Part shown: in pieces, positions 1-13,156 of the stretch
Numbering within the stretch: position 1 is the stretch's first letter
Layout of the letters: every line of letters starts with the position of its first letter
NCBI RefSeq assembly: GCF_037042905.1
Contig: NC_087251.1
Location: 41,418,001-41,482,000, forward strand
Direction of reading: 5' to 3'
From: Lytechinus pictus
Lineage: Eukaryota
Length of the DNA: 64,000 nt
Notes under the pieces: generated by a model
The model's input: only the letters and a program-made list of their open reading frames with translations
Database searches by the model: none
Told to the model about the DNA's origin: nothing
Made by a program: the position numbers and the translations under genes

Positions 1-3000
1 TCAACTTTATTTAGTTAGAGTTAGACTTGGAAAACAGCCTTTCCTTTTCACCCTATGCAGACACTCCTTAGTTTTTATACACATTAGATGTTTCATTACA
101 AAGTAATGAAACATTTTCCTTTAATTTCATCAAACAGGATGGAAATTTTAGACAAATACAATATAGCAACAGACGATATCAATGGATAATTTATTTTATT
201 TTATGGTTATTGGAATGCTCGAATAAAATCTTATGGGGGTTTCCTACTTGACAGAATTAATAAGGTTCTACAGCTGACCTATAAAGATTTTGAAACCTTT
301 TTTTAATGGTTTTGAAAGGGGGAGTTGAATGTGATGGGGAGGGGGGGGGGGGTGGGCTGAACATAATGCACATAATTTTGGTAATCATTTTCGCATTTTT
401 GTACATGGATACTGAAAACAGTATAAGGGCTGAAAGCCTGAACGCCCCCCCCCCCCCCCACCACCACCACCATCACCACCACCCTTCCGACCCGTTTCCG
501 CGGCGCCGGAATAATGATTTCTGTACTGAGCATAGTAATGTAAACAAGGCCTTTGCATTTTGAATTACATATCACTATACACTATTCAGAGATAATGAAC
601 GTTTCAAAAGATAATCAGTTGAACTGGCGTTTGAACGAAAAGATAATGTAAAAGGTAACACGATCTAGTCAATAGATAACACTATATAAGATTATGTAAC
701 AGTTTACACACATCCCGTGTGTAAGATCTGATCGAACATTGCCAGCAAATCGAGGATAGTGCAAGGTTCTCAAAAAAGAAATGTTACAGGGGTGTCTATT
801 ACATAATTATACTCTAGTATGTTATGGTGTTGACGAATTACTTAAAAATGTGTATTATATTATGGATTACTGGGGTACCTAGGGATAAAAATCACCCCCA
901 TTCTGCCCCGGTGGCAAACGAGCGTGAAATGCCCCCCCCCCTGATAATAGGTAAAACAAGGGACATGTGACTTGCCCCATAAGACTCCCACTCCACATCC
1001 TGACGAATTGGCGATAGTCAATGTTTAACAGGAATGTTCGATTTTCAAGAAGTGTTGCAATATATATGATAATAAAAAGATATACCTGAATATACCCCGG
1101 GCTGAACGTTCCATAATTTAATAGTGGCAAATGAATATCAAAGTTACATGTGCGTTTTGCTCAAAACACTGGGTTGAATCACAAGTTCTGTATTTGCTTT
1201 CATTGAGTATCATTCTCGATCAACGGATGCTGCAAGTCACTTTTAAAGGGGCTATACACTCTGCCCCATGTTTTTAATAAACAATTCAAGAAAAGTATAA
1301 TCTCTTTGTGTGAACCCCCACTCCCCCCCCCCCCCGAAAAGCTAGCACAAATATTCTATTTCATTCGACCATATTAATAATCATCCAGAATAGACAGGAA
1401 ATAGCGAAATACAATGGATGCATAATAGATAATTTCTTAAACATACCTCAGGGGTATGTTTAAGAAATTAATTTCTGATATGTGTAAAGGATAGGAGAAA
1501 ACAAAAATCTTATTATGAATTCCAATGATGTCTGTGAATAAAATATGTCAGCTTGCATATGATTCACGGCATACATTTTTCTTTGACTCCAGTACAAAAT
1601 AATATTATGCCCCACTCCTCCACCCCTGATATGTGTGTGGTTCTTGGTGTAATACGATGATCAAATGAAACATGTTTTTACACGAAATAATATTGTTAAG
1701 ACGATCTAGGCATAATTAAGCAAACAATTTTTGAAACGATTTCCATTTTTAGTGATTAATTGTAATTTGTATAATCATGTTTTTTTAAAGACTTTTGCCT
1801 TGGAAACAGACTACAAATGTACTTGAAGGCGAAGCGCTGCTCCCATTGAATCAATATTTTATTCTTGATTTGTTTGTAGAGCCATTTGCTCATCGACATC
1901 ATTCAGCTCCAACAGTGAGTCAGGATGCTGTATAGGCCTATCTATCAGCTTTGAATGCAAACATAAATAGATTGTATATACTACCTGTTTGAAAGTTTGT
2001 AGATGCACCAATTTGCAATTTTCTGAAATATTTTGTGAAAATTACTAGAGGGAAATATATATTTTTAAGAAAATGCTGATGAAAGTTTTTATGTTGAGTT
2101 TGGGCTCAAAATGTACAAAACAAAGAAATCGGATGTACAAAATACGCAGAGATTATGCATGCACATCCTTTTGGAGAGCGATTGGTGTGTAGATGAAGGT
2201 GGGGGCCTGGGGCCATGCCCCCCCCCCAAAAAAAAAAAGTTCCGAGACAAAGAAAACAAGGAGAAAATGACAGAAATCATGGAAATGAGAAGGGGAAATA
2301 ATGAAATATGATTTTATTTTCAAGATACAATGTCAAAATCTATCACACAAATAGCTTTTCATATCAAAACAGATTTTTGTTTGCTCGCTCGCAACATTTT
2401 TTTAATTTTGCACCATACTTTGGCCCCAATTGTGTTTTGGCTCACGAGGTCGCTGATATTTGCTGTTTATGATTTTATAATTAAGGTTGTAACATATTGA
2501 ACTCCTGTCTATACTTTTAAAATAAATATACACATTGAGTATAAGCATTTCTATCATCAATATTGTATCCCTATATTCATGTTGAAACTCAGGTGCTTCT
2601 TTGACCCATGTTTCAATTGTTATAACTGTATTTTTAATGGATTTTGTCTACTGTTTTGTTGGAAATGAGAAAAAAAAATTTAATTCAGCAATCGTTGGAA
2701 TACAATCAATAGCATATCCTTATGCGTTTGTAATTCAATTCATCATCCATTAAAATCATTAATTTCTGTGCGTGTGTGAAAATCTGTTCTGCGTAGTCGA
2801 TTCTGAATAAATAATGAAAATCAATGAACACCTTTGCTGGGAAGAGCAACGCATCTTAATTTGGTAACCATGGTATTGGCTATTTTCAGCGATGATCTGC
2901 ATCAGGGGCAGTAGAACAATTTTGAAAGAGTGGGGGGGGGGGGTCGACTGATAATGCATATAACCACGATTTTGTACACGTTTACTGAAAAAAAAGGGGG

Positions 3001-3800
3001 GGTAAAGGTCCCCCAGCCCCTTTCCTTCCCAGCTCAGCTGGGTCTTCGTCAGTTTAAGTACCCAATCATGCGCGGAATACAATCATTTTACAAAAATAAA
3101 AATTATCTGATTGAAATGTGATATCAGACTATGAGGTTATAAGTCCTTAATTAGCACTAAAAATGAATTTGATGAATAGTGTGTGTAGCACTCGGGGTGT
3201 AGCATGCAAAGACAAATGACAACTTTGAATTTTTACCTGATACAACACAAAATGTATGCGCCTTCATAATTATCAGCACCTGAAATCTAAAACTGAAATC
3301 AAATAGCCATAAGGCAAATAAATGTATGAAACCGGCGGCGACAACTTGATTCATCATTGCTCAAGTCACTTTACGCTCATGTCATGCTCAAGAGACTTGA
3401 ATCAAAGACTATCAAGACAAAAAGAATGAAATCTGTACATCACTTATCTATGACTATCATGCTTTAATCTTAAAAAATGACACCCACCAATCCATATCTG
3501 ACTATAATAACCATCAACTTGAATACTGAATTGTAATATGCAGATTTCGTATCTAATACACAATGATTTATTTGTCTTTGTCAGGTCAAAACGCCCCCAT
3601 CATCTCATTAAGGATTCGGCTGGTATGCTAATTGCAATCACTGGTATGCAGGGTCAGAGGGTCATTCACACTCGAACATCAAAAGGTCAATCGATAGCTG
3701 GTTAGACTTTGGGGTACTTATACACTGGGGGAAATAGAGTGCAAAGTAATACACCAGAATACAAATTTGCTCAGATATTTATCTAGAAATCGTTATGTAA

Positions 3801-3963
3801 TACCTTGGTCACATTTGCTCTACGGCGGCCGTACGGCGAGTCGAAAACAGCCGTTTTATTAATTTTAATTCAAACCACCTATTATGTAGCTGGTACACAA
3901 AATGTTAAAACGGCTGTTTTCGACTCGCCGTACGGCCGCCGTAGAGCAAATGTGACCGATGTA
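3801..3963. mobile_element. PIF/Harbinger-like palindromic MITE
   Basis: Perfect 52-bp inverted arms (3807-3858 and 3906-3957); TAA on both flanks. Confidence 0.85.
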
Positions 3964-4284
3964 TAACTGTGAAGAACATGACCGACATGAGAATGTGTCC
4001 ACAATAAACAGTTATTTCCAATCTAACAGGGGCAATGAATAAATAAATCAATAATAATGATGATGATCATAATAATGATAATGATAATAATAATGATAAT
4101 AATAATAATAACAATAATGATAATAATAATAATAATAAGCAATAAAAGAGGTTTTTTTTTATCCGGCTTCAGCATCTAGCCTCTTGTCGATGCCATGGCA
4201 ACTGAAGCGAGTTGGGGTTACCCTCGCTTCTCTCGGGATCATAATCGACAAACAAAGAACCGCCAGGGCCTCAACAAGAGGCTA

Positions 4285-4526
4285 CATGGCCGTATAATAT
4301 TTTTTTTGCTGGGGGTGGGGGGCAGCAAGCGACTTTTTCGAAAAAAAACTTGAAGCGAGGGAGCAAAGCAACCGAACTTGTCATTGGGACGTTTTTGCAT
4401 TTTGTCAAGTGAAATTGAAGGATTTGGTGCATACTTTTGGTGAATTTTGTGAATATTTTCAGTAAAAAATGTAAGTTTTCAAAATTTCGGGGGGGGGGGC
4501 TGCCCCCGCCGCTGCGTATGGCCATG
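4285..4526. mobile_element. Poly-G hAT-like MITE
   Basis: CATGGCCGTA...TATGGCCATG ends; imperfect 8-bp TSD agaggcta/agagttta. Confidence 0.6.
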
Positions 4527-4602
4527 AGAGTTTACCCTGATCAAGAGCACGTGGTGATCCAGCATCGAGTAATTCCTTCCTACCGCGTACCACCTGGGTG
4601 AA

Positions 4603-4866
4603 GAGGGTCGTGTGTTCGAATCCCACCATGGTCTATAGCGCCCTTTGGCAAGGCGTCAATCCACACTTTGCCACTCTCACCCAGGTGCTAATTGGGTACC
4701 GGTAGGAAACAACCGTCATTGTGGTTGGTTTAGTAAGTGTGCGCCTAACAGCTAGCAGCTTGAAATGCTATGGATCCAGTGACCGGGTAATAATAATTGT
4801 GAAGCGCTTTGAACAGTCGTAGATTGATAAAGCGCTATATGAATGCCAATTATTATTATTATTATT
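4603..4866 (+). mobile_element. 5'-truncated tRNA-derived SINE (CORE/Meta-like central domain)
   Basis: B-box GTTCGAATCC, GGCAAGGC...CACCCAGGTG...GGGTACC core, AAGCGCTTT...AAAGCGCT 3' stem, (ATT)n tail. Confidence 0.8.
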
Positions 4867-6252
4867 AAGCAAGTGTAGATAAACGCCTAGCCGTAGGGTC
4901 CGAGTGCTGAGGTGGGACATGAGCTTCGGACCTTTTGGTTCAAGTCTGGAGACTTATCCACTGAGCCACAACACCTCTAATGATGAACTGGAGAGTGTAT
5001 TGGTGAAATATGCTGTTACATTATTTACCAAAAGGGATACATTCTTAATGCTAATAGGAGGCAGTGATATACAGTATCATTTAACTCATCAGGGTCAAAA
5101 GGTCATCATACTAAACATTTTTAGGAGGTTGTGTAAGCTTACTTCGTAAAGATTTTATCACAATATTTAGATACCATATTTCACACACGTGTGGATACCA
5201 ATCTTGAAAAATATGGTTCCTTCTATGTTATTTCTTTTTGATCAACGTATTATAGACAGGCAGCCTAAATATTTCATACAAGTGAGAGACTCAAATCCTT
5301 GGTAATATTCGTATCCCTATATCTTGGAATATATCTGGTATCCCGTTTTATGCCATTCAATATAATGTAAATATTCACAACAACGAATTTTCTTTCACAG
5401 TTTTTCAGACCATGTGAATACCCACAATGGAGGCGTTGTATACACTGTTCTAAAGATTTGTGTTTTCATTGAAGGTGACATTATGTATTTCAGAGAGAAT
5501 CACACCCTTCTGGCAATTGCCTTTTCGTCAGATTTCACACCTGGATATACAACCTTGACTTTAACACAAAAGTCACCGATGCGAGAGATGTACTGATAGA
5601 ATTTCGTTGTTAAATCACTACCAGGTCACTTGCCCTTAGTTGATGGCACTGGCGTACAGATGGGGGGGGGGGGAGTGAAAAACCATGCACCCCCCCAAAA
5701 AAAATAATAATCACAGACCAAGAAAAAAGGAGAGAAGGAAGGAAAACGAAAGGAAAGGGGTCAGATATAAGATCATCTTCTGAATATTACGTAAAGTGTA
5801 CCACACAAAAAAAAGAGACTTTCGCCAAGGTCGAAAATTTTGCTAGCTCTCTTAGAAGTTTTGCCCCATACGCCATATGTACCACCTTGAACATTATTTT
5901 TAGCTCATTTCTATACTGGTTAATAATGATAATAATAATAATAGATGCTTTTAGCGCGTAATATTCGACAGAATCCCTATGCGCTTTACAAAAGAGGTAA
6001 TTAAGTCTAATACAGGTATACTTGAAATAAAATACATAAAAACTAACTAAAAAACTACTAATGGTTGTATTTAGTTAGCCCAGAGCTTGCATACAAAATG
6101 TCCATTCTTAATTTTGTCCATTGAGCATACCTGAGCGTTGACTGATCGACGCCCCTTCTCTCCTCTTTTTCCCGACCATTACTACATTAAAGAACATCCG
6201 ATAACCTTATATTTGTCATGCAGTGTATCCCCTCCCCAAGAATGGCATATTG

Positions 6253-6720
6253 CAGGACAGAGGCGGCGGGACGGGGGGGGGGGCACTTGCCCCCTGCCCC
6301 CCCCCCAAAAAAAAAATCCCCGTAGGAAAAGTGCCCTTTTTTCTCAATGGAAATACCCTTTTTAAAGTAAAACAGTACATTTCAGGTTACAAAATCACAA
6401 AAACTTTGGCTCGAGCTTCGAGTTCGCATCAATTATTGTTTAGTAAGGTATACTCATCCTGTTCATTGTTAAGAAATGATCAGAATGTCCAGTTTTCATT
6501 TTAAATTATCACAAATTTCGGGCTCGCGTTTTGCGCTCACATCAATTATTCTTTATCAAGGTACTCATTCTGTTCCTGGTTGAAAAAAAAAATGCTTAGA
6601 ATATCCAGTTTTCATGTCGGAATATCACAAATTTTCAGCTCGTTCTTCGCGCTCGCATTATTCGATTGGTGAGATATGTATCCTATTTATGAATCACTAA
6701 ATGCAGATAAGGGCAAACGA
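6253..6720. repeat. Poly-G/poly-C headed interspersed repeat with internal subrepeats
   Basis: Three degenerate GCTCGCGCTTCGCGCTCGCAT-like units about 110-120 bp apart. Confidence 0.5.
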
Positions 6721-7325
6721 GTAAGTAAAATTAGTAGGCTGCTTTTACTACGGGGAGAGATATTAAGATGGTATCCAGGTCGATGAAATTAAAATTTATT
6801 AGTTGAACGTTCGTTCCACTGTCTACCTTCTAAAGTGCGTTAGAACTCTATTAAAGAGGTGAGTATATACCTGTTGACATATTAAGGTAGACGTCTTATT
6901 AACACACAGATTATTTTAACCATTGTTTGTTTCAACCATATTCATTATACATTTTAATGTCTGTTTTTCTTGTCAGAGACAATCTGGTTCTCATGTAGTT
7001 TAGATTTTGAAGAAAAAAAATCATGATCTGATAGGTGTGTATATAATAAATATGGTCATTCTAGCAAGACATGTATAGTGCAATAAGCCTGTGGCTACAA
7101 CCAACGTTGTATAATGAGCCTAAAATTCAGAACATGATATCATATTTCTTCCTTTGCCTCTCCTTTTCCTTGGTCGCATTTTTTTTTTTTGGGGGGGGGG
7201 CGAGGGTGGGGTCCAGTGCCCCAACCTATACACCAGTGGCTATATAGAGAAATATGATAGTATTGAGACATGTGTTGTCTTGGTCGTTTAAAGGTCAAGT
7301 GCTCCAAGCCGCTCCCCCCACCACG

Positions 7326-7703
7326 CGGTTTATTTCCAATTCGTCTAATGCCAATTCGTCCCATTGCCAGCTCGTCTACTACCATTTGGTCTATCATCAG
7401 TTCGTCCACTCACCACATGGTCTACTTTCATTTAGTCTAATGCCATTCCGTGCAATAGCCATTTAGTCCAAAGTGTTAATTGTGCAAAATGAATTAAAAG
7501 AAAATGGGTATTAGACCAACTGGTTATTATACGAAATGATAATAGACGAAATGGTGATTAGACGAAGTGATGATTGGACCAAATGGTTATTGGATCAAAT
7601 GGTTGTTAGACGAAATGTTGATGGACGGAATGGCATTATAGAAATGAAGGTAGACCATGTGGTGAATGGACGAGTTGGCAGTGGACGAATTGGCATTTTA
7701 CCC
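7326..7703. mobile_element. MITE with inverted arrays of short (about 15-bp) subrepeats
   Basis: Left ccaattcgtcta-type units mirror right tagacgaa/ggacgaattgg units; flanks accacg/accatg. Confidence 0.7.
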
Positions 7704-7917
7704 ACCATGCAATCTAGACACTCCCTCCATGAAGTCTGATAGTGTTGAGACATGGAAGATGAATAAAGATGCCATCTGGAAAGGTAATCAGAGCGGTCCA
7801 ATAAGCTATCTCTAGCTTGTCATCATCATGGCTTCATTGAACACAGATTAACTATCTTCTCTTGATGAACGGCCGTGCTCTGACAGGGCCCATTTAGACT
7901 TGCATCATGATGTACAC

Positions 7918-7961
<44 letters not shown>

Positions 7962-8268
7962 TGGAAATAATGGGAATTAATAATAATAATAATAATACAC
8001 AGTTCTTGTATAGCGCATATCACAATTATGAATAATGTCTCTATGCGCTTCCAAAGGACTTGGATATTATTACCCCAGCTGTAGCTTGGCAGCCGTAATT
8101 ACTAAGATTACAGCGCACACGCATTTCAAGGAATAAATTCCTGCCAGGTACCCATTCACCTCACCTGGGTTGAGTGCAGCACAATGTGGATAAATTTCTT
8201 GACGAAGGAAATTACGCCATGGCTGGGATTCGAACCCACGACCCTCTGTTTCAAAGTCCGGAGACTAA
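7918..8268 (-). mobile_element. tRNA-derived SINE, 5'-truncated, with expanded (AAT)n tail
   Basis: Near-identical reverse complement of 57816-58128. Confidence 0.9.
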
Positions 8269-9107
8269 TGATATGAAGTTGAATAGAATAAACATAGAGA
8301 ACAAACACGCGTGCATGACAAAGAAAATTTCACCCAAATCGGTTCCAAAATAAAAAAGTTACAGCAAATTTAAGTAGTGTTTAATTTCGCAAAACCTTGC
8401 AGCAGAAATGAGAGAACGATGGCAAAACTCGTTCCTTATTTTTATTTCTTTTGTAGCTACTAGCTATCAGTAATTTCAAATTATCTAATTTATTTTTATA
8501 TATTTCATAATACGTTCAGAAACTGTAAGCCGGAAAGTGGTGTACGGTATTCGATAAAATTGAAACAGTTTCTAATATTTTGAAAAGGGCGAGGTTCCTT
8601 CTTCTTGCCAGCTAGTACTTGTACAGGCGGACAGTGAACGCAGATCTCCGTTTCTTCCTGTGCTCTCAGGGGCAGACAAATTGTCGGAGAAAGCGTTCTA
8701 GGATTGACTAAATGATTTCCTTTCATCCTTCAGGGAGCATTATTCATCAATAAAGACCGTTTCTATCCAAACTCTTAGAAGAGGATGAGTCTAAAATCCA
8801 TTGTTTTCCTTCCGACTTATAAGTTTGTAACACATCACGATGTTTGGATCTAATACAATTTGATGACAGCTATAGGAGTCATCTCAGTATTTCTATGATT
8901 TTAGCCTGCATGGGTGCAGCTGTTGGTTATTGAGTTTGAATTATAATCTAATCGTCATAATCAGTCTGCCGATGTATCCTAAAATAAAACCTACTTGACC
9001 TATTTATTTTAAGGCTGAGCAGTTCTGCAGTGAATTGTTAGTTTTTAAAACAGTAACACACACATTAATGTAACTATACTGGAATTGAGTGGGATCAGTG
9101 ATATCAA

Positions 9108-10160
9108 AGGTGAGTCCAGCCTTGGTCATAAAATGTTGTGCTGGAAAGCCAAAAATAAATAAAACAGAATGGTGAAAGTTTGACAGAAATCGGACAAGCA
9201 ATAACAATGCTACTGCTTTGAAATTGTAGCTTTTAAATTGGCAAGTAAATTATGACAAAGGAGTAGGGACAACTTCCCCATAGGCCATGCGCATAATACT
9301 TAAAGGGATGGTCCAGGCTGGAATATTTATATCTCAATAAATAGAGTAAAAATTAACAGAGCAAAATGCTGAAAATTTGATCAAAATCGGAAAAAATAAC
9401 GAAGTTATTGAATTTTAAAGATTTGCATTATTCCAGTGAAACAGTTCTAGGCATGTCTTCATGAATATTCATTAGGTGGGCTGATTATGTCATACCCCAC
9501 ATGTTCTTTTGTATTTCATTATATGAAATTAGGTTAATTAAAAAAATTTATACCAAGAACTTAAACAATTGGATTGACAGCTGATTAAGTGCTTTATTAC
9601 TGCAGCAACTTATTTTATCATAATGGAGTCACATCATTTACACAGGTATAAAAAATGAAACAAATTATGATTTCATGTAATAACATAAGAAAAGGGAAAG
9701 TGGAGATATGACATCATCAGCCCACCTAATGAATATTAATGACGACGTGCATATAACTGTTTTCACAAAATATTGCTATGATTTAATCCAATTTTAATGA
9801 ATTCTACTCTATTTATTTAAATATAAGTATTTTCAGCCCGGACCATCCCTTTAATTATCAGGGATTTGTGGTTTTCTCATTCCCCTAGCTGGAGCAGTAA
9901 TCTAAAACCCAGGTAGTGTATTGTTTCATGTCCTCATGAAAGAAAAATATAATTTGAAGTAAACCTTTTGAAAAATAGCCATTTTATGCCTTACATCACA
10001 TATGCGGCCAATTTGATGTCTCCATGGGTATAGTGATTACCAGTTTTTACAACTTTTAAATTCATACCTTTGTCCGATATTGTTCAAACTTTCACCTTTG
10101 AACTTGTATGATTTTCCTTCACATCACAATCTGTTTCATTTACTGATGAATTTACATTTC
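9108..10160 (-). mobile_element. Degenerate Kolobok-like non-autonomous element (same family as 48841-49435), split by a nested insertion
   Basis: 9108-9299 and 9855-10160 align collinearly with the reverse complement of 48841-49435. Confidence 0.75.
9304..9850. mobile_element. Kolobok-like non-autonomous DNA transposon
   Basis: TTAA|AGGGATGGTCC...GGACCATCCCT|TTAA; purine-purine start with TTAA TSD. Confidence 0.85.
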
Positions 10161-10716
10161 AGGTCAGGTGAAATAAATAATGACTCTATGTTGGCCTATA
10201 TAGAGGTTAAAAACGTTTGAATCAGCTCTGCAGAGTTCTGACTTATTATCATTTGAAAAAAACCCTATATTTTCAGAATTAAAGTGTATTGCTTCTATAA
10301 TCACAATTTTGCATTGGTTAGTATACATAAAGAAGAATGATCGTCGACTACATAAACGCCCTATTTGTAAATATGACAAGTTTTCCGACTACCATTTTTT
10401 TTGCAATGTCGCCATCTATAGCTTATGTCCCTATAACATTCATGAAATCTAAAAACACAAATAGCAAACAGGTCAATAACAACAAGGAGCTTCTTGATAA
10501 CAAAAATGAAATATGAACAATAACAGAAAAAGATTGTATATGTCCATGAGGACCAAACCTTCGCACTCGTGGCTCATCTGGGATCTGATCTAGCACAAGG
10601 GAAATTTCAGACACTATCAAGCTATATATATCAATTTTTAGCTATTTTTTTACAATAAACTTTTTGTCAGGGTGATACTCAAAGGTGGCGCTCTTCATCT
10701 TACTCATTTGTACAGT

Positions 10717-10908
10717 GGAGGTGCCGTGGCCGAGTGGTCTAAGGCGCCTGGCTATACATGAAAAAGTCCGGGTTCGATCCCCGGCCGCGGCAGCTATGCC
10801 CGTGAGCAAGGCAATTTAATCTAAAATGCTCTTTTATCATGCTTTAAAATAAAATGGAAATGCTATATGCATTATTGGTAACTAGGTGTGAACTGGTTTA
10901 AAAAAAAA
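10717..10908 (+). mobile_element. tRNA-derived SINE
   Basis: A box TGGCCGAGTGG, B box GGTTCGATCCC, GAGCAAGGCA body and A-rich tail; anticodon arm not canonical. Confidence 0.7.
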
Positions 10909-10994
10909 ACTATATTCAAAATGGAAAATTACTTGCCCTATTGTATACAATTTTCTTGCTGCTCAATGTTCTGTTAAAGATTATTTCCCGGGTC

Positions 10995-12250
10995 CTATTA
11001 GTTTTCTATTTTATCCTTAAACACAAAAGTGTCAAATTTTAACCATGCACTATAAAATATCGGGTCCTTTTGCCAAAATTTTAAAACAAATTCAAATGTG
11101 GTTTATATGTTTATTGAGTTGTAGAAGATGAAATTTTGTGTCCATTTATATAATATGTTAATTTATTGTTCCATTTGCTCCAGTCTTAAAGGAGAATGAA
11201 ACTCTTGGAGCAAGTTAGCTTTTGTGTAAGCAGAAAAATCAAAGAATAAGATCAACAAAAGTTTGAGTAAAATAGGACTAGCAATAAAAGAGTTATGAGC
11301 ATTTGAATGTCGAGATCACTAATGCTATGGAGATCCTCCCATTGGCAATGCGACCAAGATCTGTGATGTCACACACGTACAACTCTCCCATTTGGACACT
11401 GAAAATATACCCCAAAACATATCTTTTTGCTCATTTAAATCATATGACAAGTGATTCATCAATGATATAATGTTGTGAAACCTCTGTACTTGTCATCTCA
11501 TAAAGAAAATACCTCACCTTGTGATAGACTCTATAAAAGTGAGAATATAAGTGAAATAAGTACTAAAGTAATGAGGGAGTTGTACGTGTGTGACATCACA
11601 GATCTTGGTCGCATTGCCAACAGGAGGATCTACATGGCACTAGTGATCTCAATATTCAAATGCTCATAACTTTCTTATTATTCATTCAATCTTCCTCAAA
11701 CTTTCACATTATGTTTCTTTGATTTTTCTCTTTGATATTGATTCAGCTGGTTTCAAGGGTTTCATTCTCCTTTAATATCTCATATACTGGCAAACTTAGA
11801 GCTGGGATTGTAATGGAGATTGTTTTCACTGTGTGAAGATAAGGATTAGGGTTTATTTACTTTTGCAGGAGCTAAGATTTTATGTTTGGTTTACGGCAGA
11901 TTTCCTTATATACCTTCACATTAAAAACAAACTCCATCACAATCCCAGCTCTAAGTTTGCCAGTAGGCCTATATGAGATATTAAGACTGGAGCAAATATC
12001 GTGCCACTGCTGAGGTATGCCTAAAGGTTTCCTTGACGGGAATATTTTCTCTTTTACCTTTCTTTATAATCGAACAATAAATGAACATAACGGACACAAA
12101 ATTTTATATTTTACAAGTCAATAATTTAATACAGTGCATGCAGTGAGCACATTTGATTTTTTTTTTAATTTTGGCAAAAGGACCCGATATTTTATAGTGC
12201 ATGGTTAAAATTTGACACGTTTGTGTATTAGGATAAAGTATAAAACTTAA
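10995..12250. repeat. Large foldback (long inverted arms) upstream of PPP4R4
   Basis: About 10995-11189 plus 11776-11845 is the reverse complement of about 11910-12000 plus 12070-12250. Confidence 0.8.
11190..11771. mobile_element. Kolobok-like non-autonomous DNA transposon inserted in the foldback's left arm
   Basis: TTAA|AGGAGAATGAAAC...GTTTCATTCTCCT|TTAA with long internal inverted repeats. Confidence 0.87.
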
Positions 12251-12939
12251 AGGACAAGTCCACCCCAACCAGAAGTTGATTTGAATAAAAAGAGAAAAAT
12301 CCACGAAAATTCATTGTTATTTTCCCCGCCAATTGCAAATGATACAGATAGCAATATGATACTCCTATCCTGCATTCCAGCAAAATATTATGGTTTTCAT
12401 GTTAAACAAAAAAAAATGAAAATGTGATTTAATTCTTTCACATGTAATCACAGTTCCAAATCGGACGGTGCTGAAACACAAAATACTAAAATTTGAGATA
12501 TGAATGATGAACTTAGTTTTGCTGATTTGGCCACATTTGTTTCACATTTTAATGAGGAAAAATGAAATACTTCATATTTCATATTATCTAATGACATGGA
12601 AACGTATAGTAACTTTGTTAAACTTTCCAAACTCCGTTAGTCCGAATTAAGTTTCACTCAAAGATTTCACAGTGCATGCAGTGAGCACACGTTCGTTGGC
12701 AAATGAAACGAAGGAAAAGAAATCCGGATTTGCACAGATGCTAAAAAAGTTGTTTTTCGTAGTCAGGAACTGCGAAATCTTGACTGACGCCCGTACGAAA
12801 ATATGATATTTATACTGAATTAATCATGATAAAGTATCTCTATATGCTATTTTCATCGAATGAATGATCGGATTCATATCTGCAGTTGAAGGTGATGGTT
12901 AAGTGTTTTGCCGAGGTATTTTTCTGTACTTTTATGGAG

Positions 12940-13156
12940 TGATTTGTACAGACCGGACGAAATTGGCATCTCTGGCTCTGCGGCCGAAGACGTTACACCA
13001 CACGGGCCGCCCTGCACTGGCTGGTCCGCCCGCGCCTATCCGCAAGGCGCTGCTGAGCTTAGTCGTCGGGCGTTTTGCCAGTACTAGTAGATTGACACTG
13101 CACTGACTGACAGTGACAAGTCACGAATACGAAGATTGAAGTCAGCTAAATTTACC
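12940..13156 (+). promoter_or_regulatory. GC/CpG-rich promoter and 5' UTR region of PPP4R4
   Basis: Local GC and CpG enrichment with GC-box-like CCGCCC motifs just upstream of the ATG, against an AT-rich background. Confidence 0.6.

Larger units (their letters stand above)
4051..4977 (-). mobile_element. Old tRNA-derived SINE interrupted by two nested insertions
   Basis: Minus-strand head with A-box-like TGGCTCAGTGG near 4977; core CACCCAGGTG resumes left of 4603; (AAT)n tail at 4051-4140. Confidence 0.55.

Noticed and set aside
303..575. Poly-Pro/His/Gly ORFs
   Set aside because: Produced by poly-G/poly-C and CAC repeats of a degenerate interspersed repeat.
8505..8850. Coding-looking unique stretch upstream of PPP4R4
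   Set aside because: No recognisable protein in any frame and no consistent splice partners.
10720..10795. Functional tRNA gene
   Set aside because: A and B boxes are present but the anticodon arm is irregular and it continues into a SINE-like body and A tail.
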